A stretch of DNA of 64,000 nt from an uncultured Chloroflexia bacterium (GTDB taxonomy: Bacteria > Chloroflexota > Limnocylindria > Limnocylindrales > CSP1-4): assembly GCA_963735865.1 (NCBI GenBank), contig CAVTML010000002.1, forward strand, positions 1,811,871 through 1,875,870, written 5' to 3'. The notes beneath the pieces were generated by a model, which did no database searches, had not been told where the DNA came from, and saw only the letters and a program-made list of their open reading frames with translations. The position numbers and the translations under genes are program-made. Positions 38,458-50,700 of the stretch are shown piece by piece; position 1 is the first letter of the stretch; each line of letters begins with the position of its first letter.

Positions 38458-40222
38458 CGCTCCCCGATCGGGATGGCGTCGCGCGGCTCGAAGTGCGTAA
38501 GGTAGCGCCGACGCTGGCCGACTCGACCAGGAGGGCATAGCGGGCGAGGACGCCCCCTGGTGTGCGTGAGGCCGGTCGGCGCCACTCCCTGCGACGTCGC
38601 TCGAACTCGGCCGGCTCGACCTCGACGTCGAGTACGTGGTTCTCTGCGTCGACGGTGACCACGTCCCCGTCTTTGATGTGGGCGATCGGTCCGCCGACCG
38701 CTGCTTCCGGCGAGACGTGCCCCACCATCAAACCGTGCGTAGCCCCGGAGAACCGACCGTCCGTGACCAGTGCGACACTGTCACCGAGTCCACGGCCGAT
38801 CAGCGCGCCGGTCACGTAGAGCATCTCGCGCATCCCCGGGCCTCCCTTCGGTCCTTCGTACCGGATGACGACTACGTCACCCGCCGCGATGCGTCCCGCG
38901 TTCACGGCCTCGAAGCACGACTCCTCACCGTCGAACACTCGCGCCGGGCCGCGCTGGAACCGGCGCTCGTGGCCGGCGAGCTTGAGCACACATCCCGCCG
39001 GCGCCAGGGATCCCCGAAGGACGGTCATCCCGCCGTGCGAGCTGATGGGGGTTGCGATCGACCCGACGACCTCTTGGCCCGTCGTCTCTCGCGCCGCCAT
39101 GGCCACATCTCCGATGGTCGCACCCGTTACCGTGCGCTCGTCGGCATGCAAGAGGCCGGCCCGCAACAACTCACGCCCCACGAGCGCCAAGCCCCCCGCC
39201 GCGAACAGGTCGCTCGCGTAGTAGCGGCTCGCGGGTGCGAGCGCACTGACGATCGGGGTGCGGTCCGCGATGACCCCGATGTCATCGAGCGTGAAGGGAA
39301 TGCCGAAGTCGCGGGCGATGGCAAGAAGGTGCAGCACGGCATTGGTCGAGCCCCCGGTCGCAGCGACGGCGGCCATCGCGTTCTCGAATGAGCGCGCGGT
39401 GACGAACTGCCGCGGGCTCGTTCCCGCACGCACGAGGTCAACGATCAGGGATCCGACGGCCCGCGCCGCGTCGGCTTTGCTGGGGTCGGTGGCGGGGATG
39501 CCGTTGAGCCCGGCCGGCGATAGGCCCAGGAACTCGAGGACCGTCGCCATCGTGTTCGCGGTGTACTGCCCGGCGCACGCCCCGGGGCCGGGGCACGCGG
39601 CGTTCTCCATGGCGTAGATCTGCGCCGCTGACACCTCCCCCCGGCGATACGCCCCGAGCGCCTCGAAGATGTCGCCGATCGCGACCTTCTGGCCGTCGAG
39701 GTACCCCGGCATGATGGTCCCCGAGTAGAGGACGACAGCTGGGATGTCGAGTCGCCCGATAGCCATCGCGGCGGCGGGGTTCGTCTTGTCGCAGGCGACG
39801 ATGCAGACGAGGCCATCGAACCCGTGCGAGGCCGTGACAAGCTCGATGGAGTCGGCGATGAGTTCGCGACTGACCAGCGACCCACGCATGCCGTCCGTTC
39901 CCATCGTCACGGCGTCGCTGATCGCGATGGTGTTGAACTCCATCGGCGTCGCGCCCGCGGCACGAATTGCGTCTTTCACCACAGACGCGAGTTCGCGCTG
40001 GTTGTAGTTGCACGGCATCGTTTCGATCCAGGTCGTCGCGACCCCGATAAGGGGACGGGCGAGGTCATCGTCGCTGAACCCGGTCGCTTTCAGCATCGCT
40101 CGCGCCGGGGCTCGATCGATTCCGTCGGTGATCACCGCACTGCGCCGCTTGGCCGGGTCCGACGCGCGGTCGTACGGAAGCGCCAGGCCGGTCCCGGCCA
40201 CCGCGGCCGCTGATCGGGTCAT
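38432..40222 (-). CDS. ilvD: IlvD/Edd-family dihydroxy-acid dehydratase
   Basis: Intact 596-aa [12 protein letters not shown]..., [54 protein letters not shown]. The last 25 aa or so look non-native; a shifted frame would give ...[17 protein letters not shown] ending at 38451, so the tail is uncertain. It could be a sugar-acid dehydratase paralogue. Confidence 0.8.
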   Translation of the reverse strand: MTRSAAAVAGTGLALPYDRASDPAKRRSAVITDGIDRAPARAMLKATGFSDDDLARPLIGVATTWIETMPCNYNQRELASVVKDAIRAAGATPMEFNTIAISDAVTMGTDGMRGSLVSRELIADSIELVTASHGFDGLVCIVACDKTNPAAAMAIGRLDIPAVVLYSGTIMPGYLDGQKVAIGDIFEALGAYRRGEVSAAQIYAMENAACPGPGACAGQYTANTMATVLEFLGLSPAGLNGIPATDPSKADAARAVGSLIVDLVRAGTSPRQFVTARSFENAMAAVAATGGSTNAVLHLLAIARDFGIPFTLDDIGVIADRTPIVSALAPASRYYASDLFAAGGLALVGRELLRAGLLHADERTVTGATIGDVAMAARETTGQEVVGSIATPISSHGGMTVLRGSLAPAGCVLKLAGHERRFQRGPARVFDGEESCFEAVNAGRIAAGDVVVIRYEGPKGGPGMREMLYVTGALIGRGLGDSVALVTDGRFSGATHGLMVGHVSPEAAVGGPIAHIKDGDVVTVDAENHVLDVEVEPAEFERRRREWRRPASRTPGGVLARYALLVESASVGATLRTSSRATPSRSGSVNSRRRRR

Positions 40223-40328
40223 GACTCCGCGCCCCGCACCAGGTCCAAGGCCACGTCCACGATCATAGCCTCCTGACCGCCCACGACCCGACGCCGGCCG
40301 AAATCCGCAACCTTAGACTCGCGGAGCG

Positions 40329-41599
40329 TCAGGGTTCTCGGCGCTTGGCGAGCCCGGTGACGCCCCGACTGCGCAACGCGTAACTCGAGGCAGCGAACGC
40401 GACCTTCAGGAAGGCCGGCTGCTGCGCAACGGACCAGTCACTCTCCTCGGCACGCAGGGCCTCCACCAGCCCTCGTAGCTCCGGGTCGCGCCCGGCATAC
40501 CAGGCGATCCGGTCGGCGACGCGACGCAGCGTCCGGACCGCATGATCGAACTCGCCGCGCTTGTTGAGGGCGACCGCCTCCTGGCGAGCGCGGGCGGCAA
40601 ACAACCCCGCCACGATCCGGTCGACGGTGCGGTCCCTGGTTGGCCGTCGTTGGTGGCGTCGTCGGCGTACTCCCAGCCGATGCCGATCGGCGCGGCCCCG
40701 GCCGAGACGACGACCCCGTCGGTATCGCTCGCCGCGACCAGCAACCCGATCTCCTGGCCGATCGGACCGTAGCCGAAGCGCACGCGGAGGACGAACTCGA
40801 GCTGCTGCCCTGCGACGAGGTCACCGAGCAGCACCGCATGACGATCGCCGCGGTGCTCGATCCGGTACGGAGAGAGCGTGTCGATCTCGAGCCCTTCGGC
40901 GGCCGTGATCTCCACCATTGCCCCGCGTGCGACGACCTCCAGGAGCTCCCCGACCTCGGAGGCGATGTGGTCCTGGATCTGATCAGCGTTCTGGATGTAG
41001 TAGAAATGCCCGCCGCCGGCGTCGGCCATCGCCTGCAGCAACGCCTCGTCGAAATCGTCGCCGACCCCGAAGGTCGTGGTCGTGACGCCGCGGGCCCTGA
41101 GCTCTGCCGCGTGGCTCGCGAGTTCACCTGGGTCGGTGATCCCCTGGTTGGCGAGCCCATCGGTCAGCAACAGCACGCGGTTGACGCCCGGCTCGGCGAG
41201 TTCCATGGCTACTTGCTCGGCGCCTCGCAGCCAGCCGCCGCCAAGGTCGGTGGATCCGCGCGCCCCGATCGACCGGAGCTGCTTGAGACCGTTCGACTTG
41301 GCCTCGGCGGACGCGTGCGTGCCCTCGACCACGACATCGACTCGGTCGTCGTAGCAGATGATCGAGAACCGGTCCATCGGCAGCAGCCGACCGACCGCGA
41401 CCTCGATCGCCCGCTTGGCGAGTTCGATCTTCTGGCCCGCCATGGATCCCGAGCGATCAAGGACGAAGGCGATATTGACCTGATCCCGTTCCGGCTTCTT
41501 CGTCGACGCGGGGGCCTCGAGCTCGACGAGGACGAAACGTTCGCTCCGGTGGCCCGAGCGGATGAAGCGGCGATCCGATCGCGCGCGCAAGACTGTCAT
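40329..41599 (-). pseudogene. von Willebrand factor A (VWA) domain protein, one frame break near 40640
   Basis: NIAFVLDRSGSMAG.KIE (MIDAS DxSxS)...VLLLTDGLANQG...TTTFGVGDDFDE. The C-terminus continues in ORF 40329..40613. AGGAGG lies upstream of the ATG at 41599. Confidence 0.75.
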
Positions 41600-42210
41600 G
41601 GCGTGTCCTCCTTCAGGACCTGGCGGGCGATCGTGATCAGGCGCTCGACCCGTTTCTGTTCGACCCGGCTCAGCGGCCGGCGGATGTGCAGTTCGAGGTT
41701 GGGGCCTAGCGCGAGCCGCTCCCACTGCGACCGCGCCACGGGCGGCGGCGGCTTCTCGTCGTCTGGCCCGTCGGACCATGGCGCGAATCCCGCCGATCGC
41801 GCGAGCGAACCACCCGAGAAAGGCACGGTCTCGCGGCGCAGGGCAAAGACTTCCCGGCCGCTCGCTTGGGGCGGCGCGAGCACGCTTCGAACGTACTCGA
41901 GGGCAGTCGACGGCTCTTCGACCACGTCGCTTGCAGCCAGCGCCGCTTCGACCTCATGGCTGGATAGCTCGGCGAGACGCCGGCGGATCTCCGCCAGCGG
42001 CAGATGCTGCCGCTGGAGCCGCTTCGTCAGGAGCAGCCGGTTGAGGTGATCCGCCCCGTAATGAGCGCCGGGGCCAGGCTCACCAGACGGTGGCAGCAGA
42101 CCTTGCGCCAGGTAGTAGCGGACGGTCCGGACGGCCACCCCGCTGAGACGCGCCAGGTCGCTGATCGCAAACCTCGTCTCGCCACCGGTCGGTCGGGTCG
42201 GCATGGCCAT
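41596..42210 (-). CDS. MerR-family transcriptional regulator
   Basis: FAISDLARLSGVAVRTVRYYLAQGLLPP. ATGA overlap with the VWA gene. The second ATG (42204) is probably the real, leaderless start. Confidence 0.85.
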   Translation of the reverse strand: MAMPTRPTGGETRFAISDLARLSGVAVRTVRYYLAQGLLPPSGEPGPGAHYGADHLNRLLLTKRLQRQHLPLAEIRRRLAELSSHEVEAALAASDVVEEPSTALEYVRSVLAPPQASGREVFALRRETVPFSGGSLARSAGFAPWSDGPDDEKPPPPVARSQWERLALGPNLELHIRRPLSRVEQKRVERLITIARQVLKEDTP

Positions 42211-42211
42211 G

Positions 42212-42239
42212 ACTATACACTAGGCAGTGTCACTGTCAA
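42212..42239 (-). promoter_or_regulatory. candidate merR promoter with palindromic operator
   Basis: On the minus strand: TTGACA (42239-34), 16-nt spacer, TATAGT (42217-12). ATG at 42204 lies 7 nt downstream. Overlapping palindromes ACACT-N4-AGTGT (42217-30) and CAGTG-T-CACTG (42225-35). Confidence 0.45.
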
Positions 42240-42343
42240 GACCTTGCCCTCGGCCGGCGCCGCGGGGCAGACCGGCCAGCTACGACCTGGACGTACAGCG
42301 GCACCACTGAGTGGAGGCGGATGGACCCTGTATCGTTCGACGC

Positions 42344-42616
42344 ATGAAAGGCGATCGGGTCGAGGCGGTAGTCGACACCGGCCAGGGCACGCAGACCTTC
42401 GACATCGTCGCCACGCGCGCCGGTCGCCGCATCGAGGTCGTGACGACACGCGGTGTCGTGGAGGTGCGAGAGGTGACGCGCACCGGCCAGCCTGTGCGGA
42501 CCGGGCGGTTCATGACGACCCGCCTGATCGCCCTGGTGGAACACCCCGCGGCCGCCGAGCACGGTCGCATCGAGGAGACCACGCGCCATCGCCTCGACCG
42601 GCGGGGCAAGGCCTAG
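42344..42616 (+). CDS. hypothetical small protein
   Basis: MKGDRVEAVVDTGQGTQTFDIVATRAGRRIEVVTTRGVVEVREV... has a protein-like composition. Divergent from merR. Confidence 0.35.
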   Translation: MKGDRVEAVVDTGQGTQTFDIVATRAGRRIEVVTTRGVVEVREVTRTGQPVRTGRFMTTRLIALVEHPAAAEHGRIEETTRHRLDRRGKA

Positions 42617-42662
42617 CGGGCGGATCGCGGCGGGAACGTGCCACCGGCATTCGCCCGGCGCC

Positions 42663-42926
42663 CTATGCGCGATGGCGCCTCTGCGGGGACGTGCGTGCCT
42701 TGTCGACCGGGGCCTGGGTCGGGCTATCTGGACCACCGGCGCGCACGCCATCGGCGAACTCGCGGTACACATGCCAGCCCTCCTCGGCCCCTGCGCCGAT
42801 CGACGCCTCCGGATACTGGGCGTGCAGGTCAGCCGTGATCGCCGCCGCGTCGCCAGGATGGCGCCGCCAGGCGGCGGCGAACTGCTGGGCGAGGTCGGGA
42901 TCGAAAGGATGGAACGTCACCTCCAT
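42663..42926 (-). CDS. hypothetical small protein
   Basis: MEVTFHPFDPDLAQQFAAAWRRHPGDAAAITADLHAQYPEASIG...; GGAGG upstream of the ATG at 42926. Confidence 0.4.
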   Translation of the reverse strand: MEVTFHPFDPDLAQQFAAAWRRHPGDAAAITADLHAQYPEASIGAGAEEGWHVYREFADGVRAGGPDSPTQAPVDKARTSPQRRHRA

Positions 42927-42976
42927 GGCCGGAACCTCCACCTCATGGTGCCTGACCTCCGCCGCATGCCTCGTGG

Positions 42977-43647
42977 CTAGCCCTGTGGCCCGGCGCGTCG
43001 GGCCGGGGGGCTGACGTGGGCCGCCACGTGGAGGGCCTGGCCGGCTGCGGTGGCCGCCGGTTCGAGCGCTTCGAGGCGGGCCCACTCGGCACGCACCAGC
43101 TGGCGTTCGTCGTCGTTGCTGGTGCGCTCGCGGACGTCTTCGAGGAAGGCCGCCTCGACGGCGTGCGGCGCAGCGGCGGCGTAGGCCGCTTCGAGCGCGG
43201 CGTCGGTCAGCAGCCGGGAGCGCAGCCGGCCGAAGAAGGCCAGGGCGGCGTCGGCCAGCGCATCGAGGCCCTGGCTGTGGCCACCCGCCCGCAGCATCGG
43301 CGCGTCCGAGCGCAGCACGACGAGGCGGCCGTCATCTGCCAGGGCCGTGATCTCGAGGGTGCCGCCGAAGACGGCCCAGCTGTTCTCGACGCGCAGGCGG
43401 TCCTCGATGCGGATCTCGCCCCAGGCAAAGGGGTATCGGTCCGCCCGGTTCGGCCGTGCGGTCGAGCAGCCACACCTGACCCCGTCCGGCCGACCGAGCG
43501 CCAGGCGCGGACCGTCTCGGGATCGTAGTGGGCCAGGGTGGGGTGCGCACGCAAAGCGACGAGCAGGCAACCCGGTCCGGCGTGATCCGCCAGGTCGGCG
43601 TGCAGCACGAGGAACCCCCAGGGCGCGATGAGCCGCACTGGCCTCAT
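42977..43647 (-). pseudogene. hypothetical protein, about two frame breaks
   Basis: MRPVRLIAPWGFLVLHADLADHAGPGCLLVALRAHPTLAHYDPETV / ...DRYPFAWGEIRIEDRLRVENSWAVFGGTLEITALADDGRLVVLRSDAPMLRAGG... Confidence 0.35.
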
Positions 43648-43686
43648 CGTTCGAGACGGGGGCGGCGCTGACTGACATGCCTACCA

Positions 43687-44178
43687 CTACAGACTTCGCC
43701 CCGCCGGCCAGGTGTCCATGACCTGGCGCAGGATGGCGAATTCGCCCACGTGGTAGGCGGTGTGGTCGCCGCACAGGCGGACCTCCCGCAGGACGGTGTG
43801 CCCGGGTGTGCCCGGGATCGGCGCGAGGAGGTCGGTGGCGGGGTCCGCGACGAGCTCGTGGAGGGCCGAGCGGTCCGACAGGAAGCCCTCGATGGTGGCG
43901 GCGAACCGTTCGGGCGTCGCGGTCTCGTCGTGGCTCGGCCAGTACGACTCGGGCCAGGCGGGGGCCAGGTACGCGCGGTCACGGATGTAGTCGAGGATGT
44001 CGCGCTGGGAGCGGCGGACGTGCTCCAGCAGGTGCCACGGCGTGTAGGGCACGTTGGGAGGGAACCGGTTGATCGCCTCGGCCGGGAAGTCGGCCACCGC
44101 GGCCTCGAACGGCATGTGCGCGCCGCGCCCGTCGATGAACGCCAGGAGCTGCTCGCGCAGGATGTCGCTCCCGGTCAT
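43687..44178 (-). CDS. DinB-family (four-helix bundle) protein
   Basis: PWHLLEHVRRSQRDILDY...GHTVLREVRLCGDHTAYHVGEFAILRQV. The start MTGSD overlaps the upstream stop (ATGA). Confidence 0.75.
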   Translation of the reverse strand: MTGSDILREQLLAFIDGRGAHMPFEAAVADFPAEAINRFPPNVPYTPWHLLEHVRRSQRDILDYIRDRAYLAPAWPESYWPSHDETATPERFAATIEGFLSDRSALHELVADPATDLLAPIPGTPGHTVLREVRLCGDHTAYHVGEFAILRQVMDTWPAGRSL

Positions 44179-44678
44179 CGTGCCTCTCCGTTCGCCGGCT
44201 GGCGAGCGAGCTGGCGTCCCCATGCGGCGGCCCGGTCGAGCTCACCCGTCTCCGGGTGCTCCAGCTCGCGCCGTCGTTTCACGCCCTCGGGCGGCCGGTC
44301 CTGGTCGATGAAGAAGCTCTCCGGCTCGACGACCAGGTGGCAGCCGGCCTCGCGTAGTCGGCCGGCCGCTTGGCGCGCCGCCGAGCCGCTCACGAGGGCT
44401 GACATCCGGTACCGCGTGTCGAACGTCGCCACGGGAACGCCGGCAAGCGCCTCGCGCGGCAGCGCCTGGAGGCAGCCGCGTAGGGTCGCGCTCAGGCCGT
44501 GCAGTTGGGTGGGGCCGCCGACCAGCAGGAGGTCCGGTGGTGGACCGGTCAGGGCATCCCCGATACCTGATGCCCGCCGGACGTCGACTTCCATGGCCGT
44601 CCGGAGGCCGCCCGTGATCGCGCGGGCGACTTGCTCGGTGTTGCCGTACCGAGAGTCGTAGATCATGAGGGCCCGCAT
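44175..44678 (-). CDS. flavodoxin-family protein
   Basis: MRALMIYDSRYGNTEQVARAI...LLLVGGPTQ..., intact. Confidence 0.75.
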   Translation of the reverse strand: MRALMIYDSRYGNTEQVARAITGGLRTAMEVDVRRASGIGDALTGPPPDLLLVGGPTQLHGLSATLRGCLQALPREALAGVPVATFDTRYRMSALVSGSAARQAAGRLREAGCHLVVEPESFFIDQDRPPEGVKRRRELEHPETGELDRAAAWGRQLARQPANGEAR

Positions 44679-44796
44679 CGCACAACCTCCATCCCTACCG
44701 CTCACCCGTCAGCATCCGATCCGCGGCCGTCCGCGTCGAGGGTTGGCGAGCCTCTCGTGGGGGGCCGAACGGCCCGTCATGGGTGCCCGTCGTACC

Positions 44797-47700
44797 TCAG
44801 CCGAGGACGACCCGAACCTGGTGCGTGGCGCCGTCGTCGGCGAGCGGGATCGCGGCGCCGCCGCCCGCCAGAGGCTGTCCGTCGAGCTCCGACGAGGCCA
44901 CGCCGCGGCTCACCCCCTGCGGGTTCTCCACGACGATCTGGTATCGGGCGGAGTGGTAGCGGAAATCGATCCGGTAACTCGGCCAGGCCCGGGGGATGCA
45001 GGGGTCGAGCACGAGCGTCGTGCCGCGCAACCGGAACCCCAGGATCCACTCGAGGCCGGCCTGGTACATCCAGCCCGCCGACCCCGTGTACCACGTCCAA
45101 CCGCCGCGGCCGACGTGTGGCGGCTCCGCGTAGACGTCAGCCGCCATGACGTACGGCTCCACCTTGTAGCGATGGACCGCGGCGCGGGTGCTGGCATGGT
45201 TGATCGGGTTCAGGATGGAGAACAGCTCGCCCGCCTTGTCGCCGTCGCCCAGCGCGGCGAAGGCGATGATCGACCAGATGGCCCCATGGGTGTACTGGCC
45301 GCCGTTCTCCCGGATGCCCGGCAGATACCCCTTGACGTAGCCTGGATCGAGGTCGGAATGGTCGAACGGCGGGGTGAACAGCAGGACGAGACCGTCACCG
45401 CGCCGGACAAGGTATTGCTCGACCGCGGCCATCGCCTGCTCCGCGCGGAGCGGGTTGGCGGCGCCCGACAGGACGCTCCACGATTGGGCGATCGAGTCGA
45501 TCCGGCACTCGGCGTTGACGGCGGAGCCGAGCGGGGTGCCGTCGTCGAAGAAGGCTCGGCGGTACCAGTCGCCGTCCCAGCCGTCGCCGCTCGAGCGCCC
45601 GCCGGAGCGCCTTCATGTGGGTTCGCCAGCGCTCCGCGCGAGGACGCTCACCATGGGCGTCCGCGATCGACGCGAAGGCGGCCAGAGCGGTATGCAGGAA
45701 CCAGCCCAGCCAGACGCTCTCGCCCCGGCCCTCTTGACCGACCCGGTTCATGCCGTCGTTCCAGTCGCCCGACCCGATGAGCGGCAGCCCGTGCGCGCCC
45801 AGCGCGAGGCTACGGTCGAGAGCCGCCGCACAGTGGTCGAACAGCGACGCCGTAGCCGCCGAACGTTCCGGCTGGAAGTAGGCGTCCGTCTGGTCCGGCC
45901 GCAGTACCGGTCCCTCGAGGTACGGGACGGTCTCGTCGAGGACCGCCGTATCGCCCGTGACCTCGAGGTAGCGCGCGACCGCGTACGGAAGCCACAGGCG
46001 ATCGTCCGAGATCCTGGTTCGGACGCCCCGACCCGACGGCGGATGCCACCAGTGCTGGACGTCCCCCTCGACGAACTGATGTGCCGCCGCGCGCAGGAGG
46101 TGCTCCCGGGCGAGCTCGCGCCTCGACGTCACCAGGGCGATGACGTCCTGGAGCTGGTCGCGGAACCCGTAGGCGCCGCCGGCCTGGTAGAACGCGGTCC
46201 TTGCCCATAGCCGGCACGCCAGCGTCTGGTAGATGAGCCAGCGGTTGAGCATGATGTCCATCGAGCGGTCGGGGGTCCGGACCTGGACGGTGCCTTGGGT
46301 ATCGTCCCAGTAGTTCGCCACGTCGCGCAGGAGGGTCTCGGTGGTCGGCCGTTCGCCCGCGTCGGACGAGGTCGGCCGCCGCGTGGCCCCGTCCGCCTCG
46401 CCGAGCAGCACCAGGACCTGGGTCAGCGCTCCGTTGGGCGAGCTCGAAGCTCGTCTGGAGGGCGGCGCACGGATCCAGGCCGGCGCCGGCGGTTCCCTGC
46501 AGCCGGTGTCCCGCGGTCCAGGCCGGCGGGCCGGTCCGGAGCGCCGTTGCGGCCGAGGAATTCGGTCCGATCGGCCGTCCAGGCCGTCTGCCGCCCGCCG
46601 AGGTCGAGGAAGGCGACCCGCCCGCCGAACTCGGTGTTCCACGGGTTGCGCACCAGGAGCGCCCGCGTCTCCGGCTCCAGCGCGGTGATGATCCCGGGTG
46701 CGCTGGCGCCGCGCGAGGTGCCCAGCGCCCACTCGGCGTAGGCGGTCACGGACAGGCGCCTGGAGCGGCCGGATCGGTTCTCGATGGTCAGCACTGAGAC
46801 CTTCAACGGGTCATCGAGCGGAACGAACTGGACCAGGTCGAGCCCGATGCCGTCGTGGACGTGCTCGAACCGGCTGTAGCCCGCGCCGTGACGGGCGACG
46901 TACGTCGATTCCTCGCAGCGGATCGGCTGGGCCGTCGGACCCCACAGGTCGCCGCTGTCGTCGTCGCGGACGTAGATCGCCTCGCTCACCGGGTCGCTGA
47001 CCGGGTCGTTGGACCATGGGGTGAGCTGGTTCTCGCGGCTGTTCCCGGACCAGGTGTAGCCCGACCCGGACTCGGAGACCTGGAATCCGAACGAGGGGTT
47101 GGCGATCACGTTCAACCAGGGCGCCGGGGTGGATTGGCCCGGGCCCAGGATGGTGACGTACTCCCGGCCATCAGCGGCGAAGCCACCGAGCCCGTTGAAG
47201 AACTCCAGCTCCGGACGGGGCGCGGCCCCGTCGCTGGTGGTCTGCCGCGAACCGAGCGGCGGCGCCGGCGGAGCGATCGTCTCGGGACGCTCCAGGCGGA
47301 TGACCTGATCGGCCAGGCTGCCCCGGCGGCTCAGCAGGACGGCCCGGGCCGCTGCCTGGAGGAGCGTGCGGTCCTCGGTGGAGAGCTGATCGCCGCGCAG
47401 GATGTACACCCCGCCGTGGCGCGGATGGCCGTCGTGGACCAGGGTGGACTGGCTCGTCCGTACCAGCGCTTCGAGCGAATCGTGGAGGTCCTGGGCATAG
47501 GTGGCGCCGTGCTCGTTCAGGATCACGAGGTCGACGTCGAGGAGCTTCAGGCGCCAGTACTCGTGCGCGCGGAGCAGCTGCCGGACGATGTCGAGGTCCT
47601 CGGCTTCGTCGATCCGCACCAGGACGATCGGCAGGTCGCCGGAGATGCCGTGAGCCCATAGGCCGGGCGCCCCCTGCTCGTTGCGCGCCAGCAGGCCCGC

Positions 47701-50700
47701 CGACGGCCGCAGCGACGGGTCCGAGTAGAGGATCCGGTTGGCCAGGCGCTGGAAGAGGTGGGCCTCGTCGGTCTCGATGCCCAGGTGATGGAGCTGGACC
47801 TGCGCCTGCGTCCAGGCCAGGGTCGCCGCCCGTTCGAAGGTGGCCGCCTCGCGGTACTTGTCGGCCAGGTCCAGGACCTCCTCGCGTGACTCGGCGACGA
47901 CCGTGGAGAAGATCACGTGGGCGGTCGCGCCGGGCGCGAGCCGGACCCGGCAGCGGAGGCTGAAGATCGGATCCAGCACCGAGCCGACCGTGTTCGAGAG
48001 TGGACGCCCATCGATGACCGAGACCGGCGAGCGGACCGACCGGCCTCGGCCGAGGAAGCGGGCGCGATCCGTCTCGTACTGGATCGACGCCGCTGGTCTC
48101 CTCCTCGACCGCCGCGACATGCGCGGCCCAGATCGGCTGCTCGTCGCTGGATCTTGGACGGCGGGTCGCCAGGAGGGCGCCGATATCCGGGACGAACTCG
48201 GTCTGCACGAACAGGTTCTGGAAGGCCGGGTGAGCGACGTCGGCCGCCTGCGGCGCGAGGACGATCTCGGCGTACGAGGTCAGCTCGATCTCACGACCGC
48301 GCGAGCCGAGATTCGTCAGCGATACGCGGCGGATCTCCGCGTCGTGCTCCGCCGACACGACGATGGTCAGGCCGGTCGCGATCGAGCCGTCGCGACGGGA
48401 GAACTCGGCGTGATCCTCCGCGTAGGTGACCTCGTAGCTGTCGGCTTCCGCGCCGCTGGGCTGGTGACCCGCCGACCACACGGCGCCGCTGTGGACGTCG
48501 CGCAGGAAGAGATAGCTACCCCACGGGTCGCGCGTCACGTCCTCGCGCCAGCGGGTCACGGCCACGTCGCGCCAGCGGCTGTAGCCGGATCCCGCGGCGG
48601 TCACCATGACCGCGTAGCGCCCGTTCGACAGCAGGTGCGTCCGCGGGATCGCGTCGTGAGGCGAGGTGAAACGACGGAGGACCGGCGGCACGAGATCGCG
48701 CACGTCGGCGGCGCTCTTCACCTCTTCGGCGCGCGGCCGCGCCACGAGCACATCGCGCGGCATCCGCTCCTGGAGCAGCAGCTCCGTCGCCTCGACGATC
48801 GGGTCGGCATGGAAGCGCTCCGACCATGGCGCGGTCGTGGAGGACGTTGCCGAGGGCCACCAGCGCCATGCCCTGGTGATGCGCCATGTAGCTGTTCACG
48901 ATCGCGACCGAGGCCCCCTCGGGGAGCCGGCGCGCCGTGTAGTCGAGCGCCTCTCGAAAGCCGTACCGTCCGCTCGCCCCGGCCTTGCTCAGCCGGGCGA
49001 AGTTCCGGACCGCGGCCTCGGGCTCGGATCATGCCGCCGAGCGCCGTGGCGTACGGGGCCACGACGACGTCCTCGCTCAGGCCCCGCTTCAGGCCGAGGC
49101 CGGGCACGCCGAAGCTCGAGTACTGGTAGGTCTGCTCGAGGTCACGCGCGTTGAATGCCGACTCGGAGATGCCCCAGGGCACGCCGAGCGTCGGCGGCGT
49201 AGCTCATCTGGCGGGCCACGACGAGCCGGTAGGTCTGGTCGAGCAGGCTGCGGGCCGGTGCGCGCATCACGAGGGCGGGCATCAGGTACTCGAACATGGA
49301 CCCGGACCACGAGATCAGGGCCGAGCCGCGACCGACGGGCGTCAGCGCGCGGCCGAGCCGGAACCAGTGGTCCGGGGCGACATCGCCCTTGGCGATCGCC
49401 AGGAAGCTGGCCAGGCGGGCCTCGGAGGCGAGGAGGTCGTAGTAGCTCGGATCCAGCGTGCCGTCGCGGACCCGAAACCCGATCGAGAAGAGCTTGCGGG
49501 TCGGGTCGAACAGGAAGCTGAAGTCCGTCTCCCGGAAGAGCTGCTGGGCCTCGGTCGGCGATCGCCTGGAGTCGTCGCGACAAGCGATGCCGCGGCCGGC
49601 GGTCCGCCGCCGGCCGTCGGCGTCCGGTGCGATCGGCCAGCTCGGCGAGTCGTCGGGAAGGCCGTCCCGCCGGCGGAAGAGGTCGCAACAGCACGAGGTC
49701 CCGCGCGTGGCTGCTCACGGCCCGCCGAGTCGCCTCGGCCCAGGTCACGAGCTCGCCCTGCCGCATCGTCCCCTCGCTCGGCGGTGAAAGCCGCGGCCAC
49801 GTCCGACAAGCGTCAGGGCCTGCACCGAGAGCTCGCTCAGACGCGGCCGCCCAGGCCGCGGGCGTCGCCGGGGCATGACGACGCCAGCCCCGGCGGGCAG
49901 CTTCAGGGCGTCGTCGAGGTGCCGTCGGGTGAGCGTCTGGCTTCTGTCGCTCGTCGCCGATCGCGCCGGCAGCGTCGCGGGTCAAGCGCGAGGGCGTCGC
50001 CGATCCCGGCGACCGCCGCCGCGACCGGGAGCGGCTGGTCGATCATCTGGCGGCAGGCGTTGGACAGCGCCAGCAGGTGACCGGCAAGATTGCCGCTGTC
50101 GACCGACGACACGTACGTCGGCTCGAGCGGGTGCAGGTCGCGCGTGTCGTACCAGTTGTACAGGTGCCCGCGGAACCGTTCGAGGTCGCCGATCGTCGCG
50201 AGCGTCGCCTCGAGGCGCTCCACCATCTCGAGCGTCCCGATCCAACCGAAGTCGCGAGCCGTCACGGTCGCCAGCAGGTACATCCCGATGTTCGTCGGCG
50301 AGGTGCGATGCGCGACGACCGGCGCGGGATCGTCCTGGAAGTTGTCGGGCGGCAGCGCATGGTCCTCCGGACCGACGAAGGTCTCGAAGAAGCGCCAGGT
50401 CCGGCGAGCGGTCAGGCGGAGGGCCCCGACATCGGCGGCCGAGAGCTGTTGGGCGGCGGATTCGGCGGGCGGCAGGCTGACCCAGCGGGCCACGGCGGGC
50501 GAGAGCAGCCACAGGACGACGAACGGCGCGGCGATCCAGCCCGCGCCCGGCTTCACGACGAGGACAAGGACAGCGATGGCGACCGCGATCGCCGACGCCG
50601 CCCGCCATCTGCCGGTAGAACCCCGCCAGGTCGAGGTCGTGACTGGCCTTGGCCTGGGCGGCGGTCATCCATTCGAGCAGGTTTCGCCGCGTGACATAGA

